From positions 67,407 through 131,406 of the forward strand of contig PDIP01000048.1 of assembly GCA_002811645.1 (NCBI GenBank): a DNA stretch of 64,000 nucleotides, written 5' to 3'. Shown here in pieces: positions 32,118 through 44,660 of this stretch (position 1 is its first letter; every line of letters starts with the position of its first letter). The DNA is from Corallochytrium limacisporum Hawaii (Eukaryota; Protista; Pluriformea). The translations under genes were made by a program, and so were the position numbers. Under the pieces are notes generated by a model. That model ran no database searches. It saw only the letters and a program-made list of their open reading frames with translations, and had not been told where the DNA came from.

Positions 32118-35100
32118 CGCGAATCGACCAAGCCAGGTGGTTTGCTGACTGAACAAACTACACCGGAAGATTCGGCCAACCTCCAGAGATCTGACTAGGC
32201 GTGCTATGGTTGCATACCCTCGATCGACCCCCGTTAAATTGAATGTCACACCTGTTGCCACACTGATTGCAACCGATTATCAAGTCTGCAGTCAGACTCA
32301 AAAAGTGGTACTCCAAAGTAGCTGTAAACCACTCTACCAAAACCAAGCCTGCTCTCGATCGTTTCGAAATTCTCAATGCCTGACAGCCACCACACATGAG
32401 GGACCAATTTCAGGTACGTCAATAGGAGGTATATCAAATGTGCTACCTTTCGCTTCCAACAGCCCGCCTCCCCCCTACCCAAGGGGAGTCCACGGCGACT
32501 GACCATCAGGCATTCCATCAAAGGGACATCTGTGGGTCGCAAAGTCTATGCAGAGTTGATCAAGCGCATTCGTATAAAATGTATCGAGTTTCTTACTATC
32601 ACGACTTTCACCTATATAAATGAAAAGCAGCCTCGTGACTTGACGAAAGAGGCTCGGTTGCTGCTGTGATTCGATTGCTGCGCTCTGCAGCGGCTAGTGC
32701 GGCTCGTGCTCACAACTTTATCAGCAGATATTCAAGCCTCGTTCGAAATGACTTTATTTCGGAGCATGAGGACGAGGACATGTTCACAAGCTTCGTAAAG
32801 TCTACGGTTCATGAGTGTGTATACCCTTGAATGCTTTGCAAACAGTGCTGTTGCGACAGGGATATGGGAACCTGCTTGAAGCTTACGTTTAGCAACGCAT
32901 GCCCACACCATGTGATACCATGCCCCTTAGCACTGAAAGCCCCTTTGGATATCAGTGTGCGCACGGAAGCAATGATAAGGGGCTTGAGAATGGCCGGTAA
33001 GGGTATTCCTCCTAGGTTCAAATCTCACGGGACCAGTTGTGCACCAGCGCCGGCTTTTGTGCGGAATGCCTTGGAAACAGGACCCCCTTGCCCTTGCTGC
33101 CGCCATTCCATGGGCAAAGTTTTCACCGCTATTCCTTCTGCCTGCTCGATGCCATCGGTGGTGATTGGGGGGGGGGGGGAGAATTGGCCATAAAGAATTC
33201 ATACACAATGTATTTGGACCTGCGAGAGGGGGGACTGATCGGTGCCAGAGCGTAGAACCCATGCTGGTCGGAGGAGGGCGGAGAGGAAGGGGCCGGGGGG
33301 ACTTGTGTTGAAATGGTTGGGTCGCAACCGTTTGATCAACAATATTGTGAATCCTCTCACACCGCTGGGCGTCGCTGCTCTTTGAGGTTTCCCGTCATCT
33401 TACGCACATGCACGGGAGCTTCTTCCCGCGCCGCCGCCACAGGGGGAAAGAATGGTATGCGATCCAGGAGCCAGGACAAATCTCCTTATCAGCGGTGGCG
33501 AGACCGTGGAGCAAGATTGACAGATGGAAGAGTTGCTTTATCGTATTTGTCCACCATAGCCATCGACACAGATACATTGAGGGAAGTTGTGTGTGGCATT
33601 AGTAGGACTCATGATGCACTAAAGTCTCAACAGGATTCTGTCACACAAAGCACTCATTGGGCCGGAGATGGAGCCTTCATTGAGAGAGTTATGGAACCAA
33701 TCTGCACTGGCCCGCTTGACTGTTTATTTGCTGCTTATCACCGCTATTTTCATTTTCTTCAAGTTTTCTTTAAGCAGTTCGCCTTCAACTGTAACCTAGC
33801 ATTGGTACCAATCGCTTGCCGCCAGCGGCATCTTCGTCTCTATAAGTGCGCAGAGTGCGCATTCTATGCACCTATACCGTCAGCACCAGTCCCTGTAAGG
33901 AAGGTAGTGTGGAGAAATCTCCAAAGCAATTTGTAGGACCTTTTTCTTCGGTCGATCACAGCATGTTCACTGCAGCGAAACTACCGAAATCTTCAAAGAT
34001 TTTTGTCACTCTGCTTTAGTTAACGATTCAGAGGATGTGCATCAAGATAGTGGACGACTGAATCCATGCAGATTGGACATCATCAAAGTTATGCAAACAC
34101 AGTAACTGTTCCACAATCTAGGCTGCAAGAAGCACTTATAAGGATAGTGCGCTCTTTGTGCGTAATAGGGGATCACAAAACCAAGTGCTTAACCCATCCC
34201 ACTAAACACAGATCTACCGGCGGAGAAACTTGTTCGGGATTGGCCCATGCTTCTTTCTCGCTTCCTTTCCCTTGCCCCTTTCAGTCGTCGAAATCCTTCC
34301 TGGGTCAATTTCTTCGTCGCCAAAGGACTTCTTTGAGCTTCCCTTGCACAGAAATTTTGAAACCGACGATGCCCACCCTCGGGGACCCTCGGCTTCGAAT
34401 GGTCGTCCAATCAAAAAAGGCCAGCAGTAGCGACAGAGCCACTCAAACCTTTGCGCCATAGAGCAGAAATTGCTGCTATCAACCTCAGAATATCTCATGA
34501 CGAAGAGTGGTGAACTCTTAACTGTGTACCATCACATCACATTGGAAAGCATCCAGAAATTCCGCCATGTGCAAGGCACAGGCGAAGTCACTTTTCTTCA
34601 CAACAGCGGGAAGAAAACCATGCCGTGCTTTGGTTGGATACTCCCCAATGCATGGGTCTGCGCTGTCTTGAATTAGTCGACCACGAAGGAAAAGAAGGAA
34701 ATGAGACACATGAAGATGATGGTGCCCGGGAGCGAAAGTAACTTGAAGAAAACTTCGGTATGCTTGCGTGCTGCGTCGTGTAGCATAATCGGCGGAAACA
34801 AATCTGCGCCTGGGCAGTCAAGCTCCCTGCGATGTAGCTCGTAGGCAGAATGGAGCTGGGGCAGCAATTTGCTGTCTGCTGTGACGATATGCAACAGTAC
34901 TCGGCTGGATTTACCCTGATCTCATAGTGACAACAACGGTAGCAGTGCATTAATGGATGCTTGATCGATGGAATTGATCTTCAAGGGTGCGGCAGCTGCG
35001 AGACAGCAAGACCACAGCTGATAGAATTTTCTTGATGTGTTTTACAGAGAACCCGCGCGCGGCATAGCTCCTAAGAACAGTACCTTAGATAGAGTGTTTT

Positions 35101-35672
35101 TCTTTAACCCCGAGAAGAGAAATCAAGGTTTGAAACGGTAATGAGCATGGTCCGCACCAAAGGAAACAATGTCGGATAGGCACTGGGTCCGTGGAGTGGG
35201 CACGGCGAGTGCGCGGAAGGGCGGGTTTCCGGGGAGGAGGGGCCCGGGTGAGGGAGGTGAGAGCGGGGAAGAGCAAGATGGAGTGGGGAGGCAGGGAGGG
35301 ACGGGGGGAAAGCTGGTTGGAAACAGGACACTGAACCGTCGTCAGCGTTGGTGCTTCAACGGCCCGAAAGTGGCGCATGGTACTCTTATGGTTACCCTAC
35401 TTGTCCCATTTTGGCCACCTAACACCAGCAGTACTTTCGGTGTGACTATAAGATATGTCCCATGAAGGTATACACATTGGTGACGACAAGTATGATCAGT
35501 ATTGATATGCGACCATTGATAATGAGCCTTAGCGCAGACTGCGCATTGACAATGGAATAAGTCCTTGGACAAAGTAGGTGACAAAGACGTCTGAATAAAA
35601 ACTTGATCGCTCGGGCAACGATAACACAGGTGTCATTGGCATTCAGAATTGCGTGATTGTACAGCAGTAAGC

Positions 35673-37643
35673 ATGCGTCAAAGCATCGAAGAGACAGTAC
35701 GCACTGTCCAGGCCCTACCCTTGAACAAAGTTTTCAAGAGTGAGGTCACTCCCCAGACTCCTGGGCGTGTCAATGAGACATGTATCGGTGCATACAAACT
35801 GGGCAATGAGCTGGGAAGTGGTTCCTTTGCGCGGGTGCGCCTGGCCATACACGAACCAACTGGACAAAAAGTTGCATTGAAGATCATCAACAAGCCCGCC
35901 ATGCGCAGCGAGTATGCCATCAAGAATCTGCATCGCGAACATGATTTACTGCGTAGCATTCAACATCCAAATATCATCGAAGTCTACCAGGTTATGGAGA
36001 CAGACAAAGAATATGTCTTGGCCCTCGAGTACGCTGAGGGAGCCGAACTGCTGAACTATATAATTGCCCACGGTCGGCTAAGCGAGCGCCGTACTCGCCA
36101 CTTTATGCGCCAGATCATTCTGGCCCTCGAATATCTACACGCCCACAATGTAGCTCACCGTGATCTGAAGGCTGAAAATTTTCTTCTGGATAAGGATGGC
36201 AACATTAAAATTAGCGACTTTGGTCTCAGCAACCGCTTCCGCTCGGACCAGGCTCTACAGACCTGCTGCGGCTCCCCTGAGTACGCAGCCCCTGAGCTGC
36301 TGAAGGGTAATCCTTACAACGGTCCTGAGGCTGATGTATGGTCCCTGGGTGTGAACTATTATGTCATGCTCACTGGTCGCCTGCCATTTGGCAAGGGTAA
36401 GGGCGCCTCTGTGTTCCATCGCCTTCACTGGGAGCGTGCCTACCGTGTGCCAGACTTTCTCACGGACGATGCCATTGATTTGATTCACCGAATGCTGACT
36501 CCTGATAGCAGATCCCGTGTTACATTGCAGGAAGTTAAACACCACCCTTGGATTCTGGGAGATACAAGGAGTGTGCCGCATGTCAGCTGTCAGGATAGGC
36601 GTACGGTCCTGCTGGAGCGGGCAGCACGTCTTATGGTTGATGCGGGGTGGACCGATGCGGAGATCAGGGAGGCTCTTGAGGACCCAAAACTGGACGACAC
36701 CTATGCTATGATCTGCCTCCTCGGCATCAGCAACGTGGATTCCATCGCAAGCAAAGAAGAAATTATGTGTCTGATTGGCAACCGCCCTATACCCAGCTCT
36801 CTAAGTGAGCTAAAGCGCCGCGGTACATTCCGTCAGAGCGAGACTAGAGAGAACAACATGGCCATGGACATGCGTAGCGAGCTTTCTCAGTCCTTGAAAC
36901 GTGAGCGAGCCAATACTGTCGGCTCCGTCGACCACGACTCTGGTGTTTATCACACTCCTCCAGCAAGCACTACACCGCGTACTGGCCGTACTGCCGGCAC
37001 GACTCGCGTGGGGTCCAACCTGAGCGGGTTGGATCGCAAGGCTTCCACCGTCTCCACCAATGCATCCAAGAAATTGGCTGGCGTGCGCAGCCCGATGACC
37101 CCCCGAGCGGCCCATCTGTCGGCTACCACGGAAGGCAGCTCACCATCGGGATCACCCAGCAGCACTCCCCGAAGCGGTGGCGGCGTGCTGAAGAAGACCG
37201 GACTAACCAACCTGCGCTCACGTCTACAGAAGCGCCGTACCATGCACGCCACCACAGTACCAGAGTACGTCCGCCAGGCAATGGCGGGCGTCGAGCAGGA
37301 GAGCACCCACGGTTCTACGCATGGAAGCCAGGCTCTGGCGGAACCCAAGAATGTTACAAACGAGCGCTTTGCTATTTCCGAGGACATGACGTCCTCCAAG
37401 CCGGTGCCAGAGATCATTGACATAGTGAAAGCTGTGTCGACTAGTATTGGGTTTACTTGCCGCAACGTGTCTGAGAGTCATCGGGTGCTCTGCTCGAAGG
37501 GACGGGATCAATTCTTCGTCGAAGTTCGTCAGATTGGTGGCCTCAAGTTGCACGGTATCAAGTTTAGTCGTTATCACTGCGATATCTGGGACTACAAGGA
37601 GTACTGCGAGAAGCTTGTTAAGGCTCTCAAGCACAAGCTGTAA
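35673..37643 (+). CDS. AMPK-related (CAMKL) Ser/Thr kinase, HUNK/MARK/Kin1-like, with UBA-like segment and C-terminal KA1 domain
   Basis: GSGSFA, VALK, HRDLKAEN, DFG, TCCGSPEYAAPE; C-terminal KA1 (FFVEVRQI...HGIKFSR..CDIWDYKEYC..L..L). First ATG at 35673. Confidence 0.92.
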   Translation: MRQSIEETVRTVQALPLNKVFKSEVTPQTPGRVNETCIGAYKLGNELGSGSFARVRLAIHEPTGQKVALKIINKPAMRSEYAIKNLHREHDLLRSIQHPNIIEVYQVMETDKEYVLALEYAEGAELLNYIIAHGRLSERRTRHFMRQIILALEYLHAHNVAHRDLKAENFLLDKDGNIKISDFGLSNRFRSDQALQTCCGSPEYAAPELLKGNPYNGPEADVWSLGVNYYVMLTGRLPFGKGKGASVFHRLHWERAYRVPDFLTDDAIDLIHRMLTPDSRSRVTLQEVKHHPWILGDTRSVPHVSCQDRRTVLLERAARLMVDAGWTDAEIREALEDPKLDDTYAMICLLGISNVDSIASKEEIMCLIGNRPIPSSLSELKRRGTFRQSETRENNMAMDMRSELSQSLKRERANTVGSVDHDSGVYHTPPASTTPRTGRTAGTTRVGSNLSGLDRKASTVSTNASKKLAGVRSPMTPRAAHLSATTEGSSPSGSPSSTPRSGGGVLKKTGLTNLRSRLQKRRTMHATTVPEYVRQAMAGVEQESTHGSTHGSQALAEPKNVTNERFAISEDMTSSKPVPEIIDIVKAVSTSIGFTCRNVSESHRVLCSKGRDQFFVEVRQIGGLKLHGIKFSRYHCDIWDYKEYCEKLVKALKHKL

Positions 37644-37750
37644 ACCTCTGGCAGCCCTGTATATAAAAATGTTCCTCATTTGTTCGAGTCACTCGTTCTT
37701 AATCTATTAGTGTCTACGGGACAAGGCTGTGTATGTTATCCTTCCACAAT

Positions 37751-38929
37751 TCAATCTTCCTTCTTGCTATTCTTCAGTACGACCGGAATGTCAGGGTCAT
37801 CCTTCTCCTGTACTACCAACCTCGGGAACCAGCCTTTGTCAGTTTTTTCGGAGCGATTTGGTCCATCGATTACTTGCCCATAGACCCAATGGTCGCTTAT
37901 GTCATAAACGTCAACAATGTCACCTCTGTAGACCGTCAGCCGACGCTCAAAAGCAGGCGTATCACACGCTACTGATACACCTTTGCCAATGCCTAGCCAT
38001 CCTCCCCAGTCTTCCTTAATTGCTACCTTGAAGACACGAGCCATCTTCTCCTTCTTCTGAAGGAGCTGTTCCTCTGTAAAGGAGTACTGGTCTGTCCCTG
38101 GGATGACTCGCCAAGTGATTCCGTCTCCAGGACAAGGAATATGAGGCAATAACCATGTTGAGTACGATTCTCCCATGACCACTTTCAAACATTCTAATGC
38201 CGTCGGCAGAGTGTATGGGTGAATGTACTTGGTGTTTCCCCTGTTCTCAGCCTTATCAATAATGTACTCTTCAATGTCATTCGTGCCCGTAGTAATAAAG
38301 GAAAGCTGCGTGAAGGTAAGGAAGCCAACACCGACAAAGACGCCGATGTCAAGGAAGAGTCCAATAGCCATCTGCACCTGCATCCAATACACTTCGGCAT
38401 CAATCCTGGCTGGCTTACCATAGTACAATTTGAACATATTCACCATGCCCATGACTAGACCCTGGAAACTCGCAGTAGTGCAAAAGATGATGAACAGTAG
38501 GAAGGCTTTGTGATTCTTGTGCCCTACACAGTCGTTGATCCAGGGACAATGATGGTCCATCTTCAGCACACATCGATTGCAAGTCCGGCAGTGATGGCTG
38601 CGTGGGGCTTTGTATGCCTTGCAGAGTTCACAGTACTGCACCCGTTTGGTATCTTTCTTATCAGGTGGAGTCCATTCTTTAGGCACATACCCGGGACCAT
38701 AATGCATGGCATAGAACCAACAGAGTTCTACCATGAGAACCTCAACTACAAAAGATCCAGCCATAAGGCAGTAGTACCCTGCAGCTCGGGGGAACGTTTT
38801 CGCCAGATACATGCTGACTACGACCTCACAATACGTGATCGTAAAGATCAGAACCTGCGTACCAACTGCCCCTGGATGGACGATCTTCCAGTGGAACGGG
38901 AAGTTGTCCGGCCGCCGGTTCTTTCCCAT
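37751..38929 (-). CDS. ZDHHC6: DHHC palmitoyltransferase with C-terminal SH3-like domain (ZDHHC6 type)
   Basis: GPGYVP..W.P, QYCELCKAYKAPRSHHCRTCNRCVLKMDHHCPWINDCVGH.NH, GDGITW, QYSFTEEQLLQKKEK and SH3-like HWVYG...KGWFPR. Confidence 0.92.
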   Translation of the reverse strand: MGKNRRPDNFPFHWKIVHPGAVGTQVLIFTITYCEVVVSMYLAKTFPRAAGYYCLMAGSFVVEVLMVELCWFYAMHYGPGYVPKEWTPPDKKDTKRVQYCELCKAYKAPRSHHCRTCNRCVLKMDHHCPWINDCVGHKNHKAFLLFIIFCTTASFQGLVMGMVNMFKLYYGKPARIDAEVYWMQVQMAIGLFLDIGVFVGVGFLTFTQLSFITTGTNDIEEYIIDKAENRGNTKYIHPYTLPTALECLKVVMGESYSTWLLPHIPCPGDGITWRVIPGTDQYSFTEEQLLQKKEKMARVFKVAIKEDWGGWLGIGKGVSVACDTPAFERRLTVYRGDIVDVYDISDHWVYGQVIDGPNRSEKTDKGWFPRLVVQEKDDPDIPVVLKNSKKED

Positions 38930-40548
38930 GGTGTCAACAGTTTCAACAACTTGCCAGAAGCAAGTAAGAAATCACATTTTCAGAATAGAAATATGAATGC
39001 TGCTTTCCTGGCTCACTGTGTGCGCACAAGGGTGTCTCCGTGGAGCCGCACAGATGGAGGTTTGAGGCCAATGGCCCTTTTCTAGCTTGCTCTCAAAACA
39101 CAGGGTGAGACCCAGTCACGGTCTCGACTACACCCAACCTCCGGGTGCTCTCCCCCTGCCCACCGCGATATACGGCGTCTCTTAGTTTCTTTTAGATTCA
39201 CAAAATATTTGGAACCGCACGATGCGTTTCTACCTCTCCCGTAAACACCCGCATGGCTCATACAAGTGTGATAAGTGTTTTCAGACACCTCTTTCCGTAC
39301 GAACGCATTACAGTGCCTCTAACGACCTATACTGAACGTATTGCCGAAGAACCGCCAAGACCAGTCCAAGTGAGACTTCAACCCATCTGCACGAGATCCA
39401 TGAAAAAATTGAACAATCTGCGGAGAGAAAAAACCGAGATTTCTCAGCAACCCTTCCCTGTGGCCAATGGGCAGGTAGCCATTGCGAGCACACGCACAGC
39501 GAAGGAGGAGAGCGGGCAAGCCAGAGAGAATATAAAAAAAAAAATTGGAGGGAACTCAACGGGGCACAAACGAAAGAAAGAGAGGCCCCAGAATGCAAAC
39601 ACCACCGTCTCCCCCGTTTGCCTCTTGTCCCCGTCCCAACCCCCCCCCACTGCAGCACGCAAGGTTTGGCTTGCGAATGGAAAAAAATTGACAGCCAAGC
39701 AGGGCCACCGGCACCAGAGAACCACAGACCGCCACCCCGCAGCGCCACACACATACACACACACACACAGACAGCGCCCGGAGACACCACCCGACAACCG
39801 CAATCCCCAGGAAACCCAGAGCGTTCAGACGGAAAGGTGAGCGAACTGATGCCAGGCAAAGGCACAAGGGGTTCTCCCGCTTTCGGCCTCGTTCGTTTAC
39901 TGCGAAGTACAGGGGCGGGAGTGGGGTGTGTGTTACGTGTGTGGAGGGAAGGGAAAATAAGGTCTGGCCCCCCCCCCCCCCGCGGCGGGGAGGGGGGTAA
40001 TTTTTGTGCCCGCTGAAGAAACGAAAGTTGGAGAGAGAGAGAAAGAAGTGGGCGCGGTCTTGAAAGGGGCCCCTCTGTCCCCACCGGCGCGGCGCAGCCA
40101 GTTTTCGAGCGCCCAGCGGTGGCGGTTGAACGTGGTCGCGTAGGGGCGTGTGGTGCCTGTTTGCGTGATTATTCTTGCCCGTCCCGTCGTTGTGCCTAAC
40201 GATTCTCTGCTAAGACCTATCTTCTGGACAAATACACTATGTACATGTTAGTGATGACTTGTAGTGAGAGTGGGAGCTGTCTCGAGATTGGGCTGGCAAC
40301 TGCCGGGTGGTGTCTTGGGAGAGACGCAGACCTCGAACAGGGATAAACGATGGCGTGAATCCGGTGAGGTATGTGAAGCAAGACACAACTGACAGACGTA
40401 TCAGATTCCGCTGGATGATCAATCAGCTGGGCTGATGACGATATTGTAAGAGAAGATAAGAACGCAAACTACACCGCAGCAGAAATATGATCCGGGTCTG
40501 TGCGCTGGTCTGAAACATAGAGAGTACCTTCCAGATTACGGACCACTC

Positions 40549-42864
40549 ATGGGAAAGATGCCGGAGTCCAACATCGCGCCGGTGAACGTGACGCTCTTCG
40601 GAGAATCCAGACAGGCCATGCTTGACATCTCCGGGCACTTGAATAACCTCTGCGATGACCTCTTGGATTATCTTGCCATACCCGCCGTTGACGGATTGCA
40701 TCACACTGACGTGCTCCTCAAACACGGAGAAGCATTCAAGGGACAGATCCGGGCAATCACGGAAGCCGCAGAACGCGACCTCATGAAGGTTGTGGTTGTT
40801 GGACACACCAGCGCAGGAAAGAGTACTTTCATCAACGCAGTACTTCGTGACGCTGTGCTGCCCACTGGTATGGGCCACACTACGAACTGCATGTGCATTC
40901 TGCAAGGCACACCGGAAGAGTTACCATACATTGTCCGCGAAGAGCCGATCGGATCAAAGGAGAACACTCATGATGACATGAAAGCGACAAAGCGATTGAG
41001 TGCAGACTACATGAAGAGCCTAGCCCATGCGCTGCGTCCTGAGGGCCAAGTGAATGCCAATGGTGTCATTTCTCTCCACTGGCCAACGAACCGTTGTAAG
41101 GTGCTTGCAGAACCGCTACAAATAATCGACTCGCCAGGTATTGACGTGAGCACAGACATGAACGAGTTCATAGATCGTTACTGTATGGATGCCGATGTAT
41201 TCATCCTGATCGCCAATGCCGAGAGCACCATCAAAATGGGCGAGAAACATTTCTTTGAGAAGGTCAGCGAGAAGATTAGCAAACCGAACGTGTTCATCAT
41301 TCAGAACCGCTGGGACTTGGCTGACCAGCAGGGTGAGGACGCAGAGGAGGTCCGCAAACAGCACCTAGAGAGCAGCCGAAAGTTTTTGGTTGACGAATTA
41401 CAGGTTGTGCGGGAAGAGCAACTGAACCAGCGGGTATGGTTCCTGAGTTGCCGCGAGATGCTGAAGGCTACTCAGGTAGGAGGGCTTCAAGAGCTCATGG
41501 ATAACCTATCTACAAATGGTCTGAACAACAGTGCCAATGCTAAGGCTGTACAAGAACGTTTCAATGATTTCAAGAGCTTTGAGCACGAGCTGCAGACCTG
41601 TGTGACGCACGGAGCCATTAAGACCAAGTTTCAGAACCATGTTAACCGGGGTTTGCACATTGCGTACACTATGACTGAAGATTTTGACGAGATGTTGAGC
41701 GCTGCTGAGACTCTGCGGAAGGAAATCGACGCCGACGGTGCCAAGGTTCGCAACCGCGTGTTTCGATTGCGCAACAATTTGGCCAGAGCCGATTCATTCA
41801 TTCACGGAGTCATCGAAGACACCTGCGCTCGCATCCGCAGCGATGTGATGACTGTCCTCGAGGAAGATATCGCATTCCGTCTCGAAGTTGTGATCAATCA
41901 GTACGACTACTGCCGCTTCAGCATGTCGACATTGCCGAACTACAAGCGAATGCTCGGTCAGCACATGTCCACACACTTCCAACACGAAGTGGAGGAGCGC
42001 TGCCGCTACCGCTGTCAGCAATTGATCGAAGAAGCGCAGACCTCTGTTCTAGACGAAATAGTCCGCAGCGCACTTGAGGACAATCGGGAAGACATGGAAC
42101 GGGAGAAAATGTGGCTGAACTCGCTGATGCGACCGGACGTTATTGTGGTTAGTATGGACTGCAATCACATAGTGAGCGAATTTCATGAGGATCTGACCTT
42201 CCGATTTTTCCTCAGCCCAGAGAACATCCTCATCACTGTCCTCGGTGGCAGGATGGCGCGCAGTCTGGGTATTGTAGATAACTCCAAGAGCTTGAACGGG
42301 GTTGCGGCGAGAAAGGCATCGGGTGACATGACCAACGGCCATCCCGTGTCTGCCGCCCGTGAGACAGAAGTGTCCGTGTCACTGTGGCGCTTCATCATGA
42401 ACCAGATAATGAAGCCGTCCTCCGTTCTGCTCACTGCTGTGGTGAGTGCAGTCATCACAAAACCTCAGTTTTGGAGCGGGGTGGTGATAATGGGTGCAAC
42501 CTACGGTGGTATCTACGCACTGGAGTACTGCCGCTACAATAACCGTGCCAAAGAAAAGCGCTTCAAGGAGCAATTTGCTGCTCACTCCAAGCTGATGCTG
42601 TCCGACTCGGTGCGTCATATTGCGAGTGGCATTGAGAGCAGTGTTCGCCGGGAAATGAAACACTCCTTTGGCATCATGAGCCAGCACCTTGACGCCCGGG
42701 AACAGGAATTATCCCAAGAACTAAGTGCCATGGATGCCGAGTGTCAGGGTCTAGCGGTGGTACTGAAGGACGGTTCTAGCCTGCGCAAGCGCTGCATCCA
42801 CCTGCGCGTCATGCTGACCGAGTACCATGAAGCCTACATTGATAGTCACCCCCAGGCGGCCTAA
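40549..42864 (+). CDS. MFN: Mitofusin (animal MFN/Fzo-type dynamin-like GTPase)
   Basis: G1 GHTSAGKS, LPTGMGHTTNC, G3 DSPGIDV, CMDADVFILIANAEST, EKHFF.KVSEKISKPNVFI, G4 NRWD, FHEDLTFRF, TM segment and RAKEKRFKEQF. Confidence 0.95.
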   Translation: MGKMPESNIAPVNVTLFGESRQAMLDISGHLNNLCDDLLDYLAIPAVDGLHHTDVLLKHGEAFKGQIRAITEAAERDLMKVVVVGHTSAGKSTFINAVLRDAVLPTGMGHTTNCMCILQGTPEELPYIVREEPIGSKENTHDDMKATKRLSADYMKSLAHALRPEGQVNANGVISLHWPTNRCKVLAEPLQIIDSPGIDVSTDMNEFIDRYCMDADVFILIANAESTIKMGEKHFFEKVSEKISKPNVFIIQNRWDLADQQGEDAEEVRKQHLESSRKFLVDELQVVREEQLNQRVWFLSCREMLKATQVGGLQELMDNLSTNGLNNSANAKAVQERFNDFKSFEHELQTCVTHGAIKTKFQNHVNRGLHIAYTMTEDFDEMLSAAETLRKEIDADGAKVRNRVFRLRNNLARADSFIHGVIEDTCARIRSDVMTVLEEDIAFRLEVVINQYDYCRFSMSTLPNYKRMLGQHMSTHFQHEVEERCRYRCQQLIEEAQTSVLDEIVRSALEDNREDMEREKMWLNSLMRPDVIVVSMDCNHIVSEFHEDLTFRFFLSPENILITVLGGRMARSLGIVDNSKSLNGVAARKASGDMTNGHPVSAARETEVSVSLWRFIMNQIMKPSSVLLTAVVSAVITKPQFWSGVVIMGATYGGIYALEYCRYNNRAKEKRFKEQFAAHSKLMLSDSVRHIASGIESSVRREMKHSFGIMSQHLDAREQELSQELSAMDAECQGLAVVLKDGSSLRKRCIHLRVMLTEYHEAYIDSHPQAA

Positions 42865-43002
42865 TCCCGGCAAACATACAAATGTATCACTTAAATAGAC
42901 ACAAATTACTTAGCCCTCACTGATCATGGGCTTTTGTATGGAAATTCAGTGGTTTATGTACGATTAGACATTGGGAACAATGGAGACCCCCACAGAAGTC
43001 TT

Positions 43003-43956
43003 TTAGAAGTTCTCTGGATGCACATCCTTAAAGTAAGGATGTGCGAGTGCCTCCTTGGCACTGATCCGCCGCGAGGGCTTGTAGTACAGGAACATCTGGA
43101 GCAGCTCCAGGCCGTCAGAGTCCAGATTCTTCACTACGGTGCTCATGTCCTCGGCGGGCCAGCGCGGGAAGGATGGCTTATACTCAGCCAATTCCGTAAC
43201 ACCGGGCCAGGTCTCCTCAGTTGGTGTTCCAAGAACGCGGAAGATGCGGAAGAGCTGGTCAATCTCGGAGTCGCCCGGGAACAAGGGTGCCTTATTGGCC
43301 AATTCTGCAAAGATGCAACCCAGGGACCAGGTGTCAACTGGTGTGGCGTAGTTGCGGGCACCGAGGAGAATCTCAGGTGCGCGGTACCACAAAGTGATGA
43401 CTTCATGGGTGTAGGCTCGGATGGGTACACCGAAACTGCGAGCCAGACCGAAGTCAGCAAGTTTGATGTCTCCATTCTTGGTGATCAAAATATTCTGCGG
43501 CTTGAGATCCCGGTGCAAAATTCTGTGCGAGTGAATGTAGTCGACGCCGTTCACCATCTGCCACATCAAACGGCGCACAGTGGGAGGACTGAGGTCACCT
43601 TTCTCGAGATACTTCTTCAGGTCGTTGTCAGCGTATTCAAAGATCAGAGTCAGCTTATCAGTGGAATGAGCCACATCGATTAGGCGCACAACGTTCTCGC
43701 AACGAATCTCACGCAAGAGGGAGATCTCACGGAGAGACGTACTGGGAATACCCTCACCCCCAACGGTGTCCATGCGGACCTGTTTGAGAGCCACATATTC
43801 CTTGGTTTGCTTGTGCTGAGCCATGAACACAACGCCGTACGTACCTTCGCCAATCTTTTCTATTTTCTTGTACTCGGCCTCAATGTTGATCTTGCCCATG
43901 GACCCGTGGGTCCTGTCGAGGGGCGTTGGCTTTGGAAGGGTCTGCGCGACCGGCAT
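43003..43956 (-). CDS. Cyclin-dependent kinase, CDK1/2-like (PSTSLRE variant)
   Basis: [74 protein letters not shown]. Confidence 0.93.
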   Translation of the reverse strand: MPVAQTLPKPTPLDRTHGSMGKINIEAEYKKIEKIGEGTYGVVFMAQHKQTKEYVALKQVRMDTVGGEGIPSTSLREISLLREIRCENVVRLIDVAHSTDKLTLIFEYADNDLKKYLEKGDLSPPTVRRLMWQMVNGVDYIHSHRILHRDLKPQNILITKNGDIKLADFGLARSFGVPIRAYTHEVITLWYRAPEILLGARNYATPVDTWSLGCIFAELANKAPLFPGDSEIDQLFRIFRVLGTPTEETWPGVTELAEYKPSFPRWPAEDMSTVVKNLDSDGLELLQMFLYYKPSRRISAKEALAHPYFKDVHPENF

Positions 43957-44328
43957 GATTCGTATCGTATGTGTTTGTGTAAGTCCCAGATTAATATGTC
44001 TATGCCAGTGCTATCCCGCTATTAGTATGGCTGTCCGTCTTTGATGCTATTGCCCCGTTTCTACGTGCCATGTAACCTCTGATCAACGAGGATCGGAGTC
44101 TGCTCTGTTTTACACCTGGTGACTCCGTTCAAGAATCCAATGCCTCTCAACACAACGAGAACAATATTTGAGAATCCTTTGTTTCCATCAAAATGGGTAT
44201 CCTTCTCATCTATCCATGCGTACTCCAAACTCCGGGATTCGTGCGAGCAGAGAAACACATTGACGTTGGTAGAGATGCGTTTGATCTTTTTGGGCTCTAC
44301 GTTCAGTGCGTGTGCCTCCCACTCCAAT

Positions 44329-44660
44329 TTTGGCGCGTTGGGGTGGACCGAATCTGGCACCCCTGCCAGCACCCTCGCATTTCACCAGTTCCCCGACCTC
44401 GCCTCCAAATATTTCCCATAGAAACCCCATGGCCAGCAGTCTCAGCAGCTTGAGACTGGGATTCAACGGGAGAGAGAGAGAAACCGCCCCGGGGGGGGGG
44501 TGGGGAAGTGGGGGAAAAGGGGTTCGTCAGCGGGGTGAGATCGTTAATTGCAGGAAAATGTGCCCTGGTTCTCGCTCAGTCCCATACATTCACTATGAAC
44601 CAGAGGGGAAAAATATTTGATTCACAGACAATGGATCAATAAAATACAAACTTTTCGCGC
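44329..44660. promoter_or_regulatory. Two E2F-consensus sites (TTTGGCGC at 44329, TTTCGCGC at 44653) upstream of the CDK1/2-like gene
   Basis: Exact TTTSSCGC matches about 370 and 700 bp upstream of the CDK ATG, in the CDK/HSP60 divergent spacer. Similar 8-mers also occur elsewhere in the window. Confidence 0.3.

Noticed and set aside
33313-33936. 207-aa ATG ORF
   Set aside because: No recognisable domain or coding-like composition; cannot be supported without expression data.
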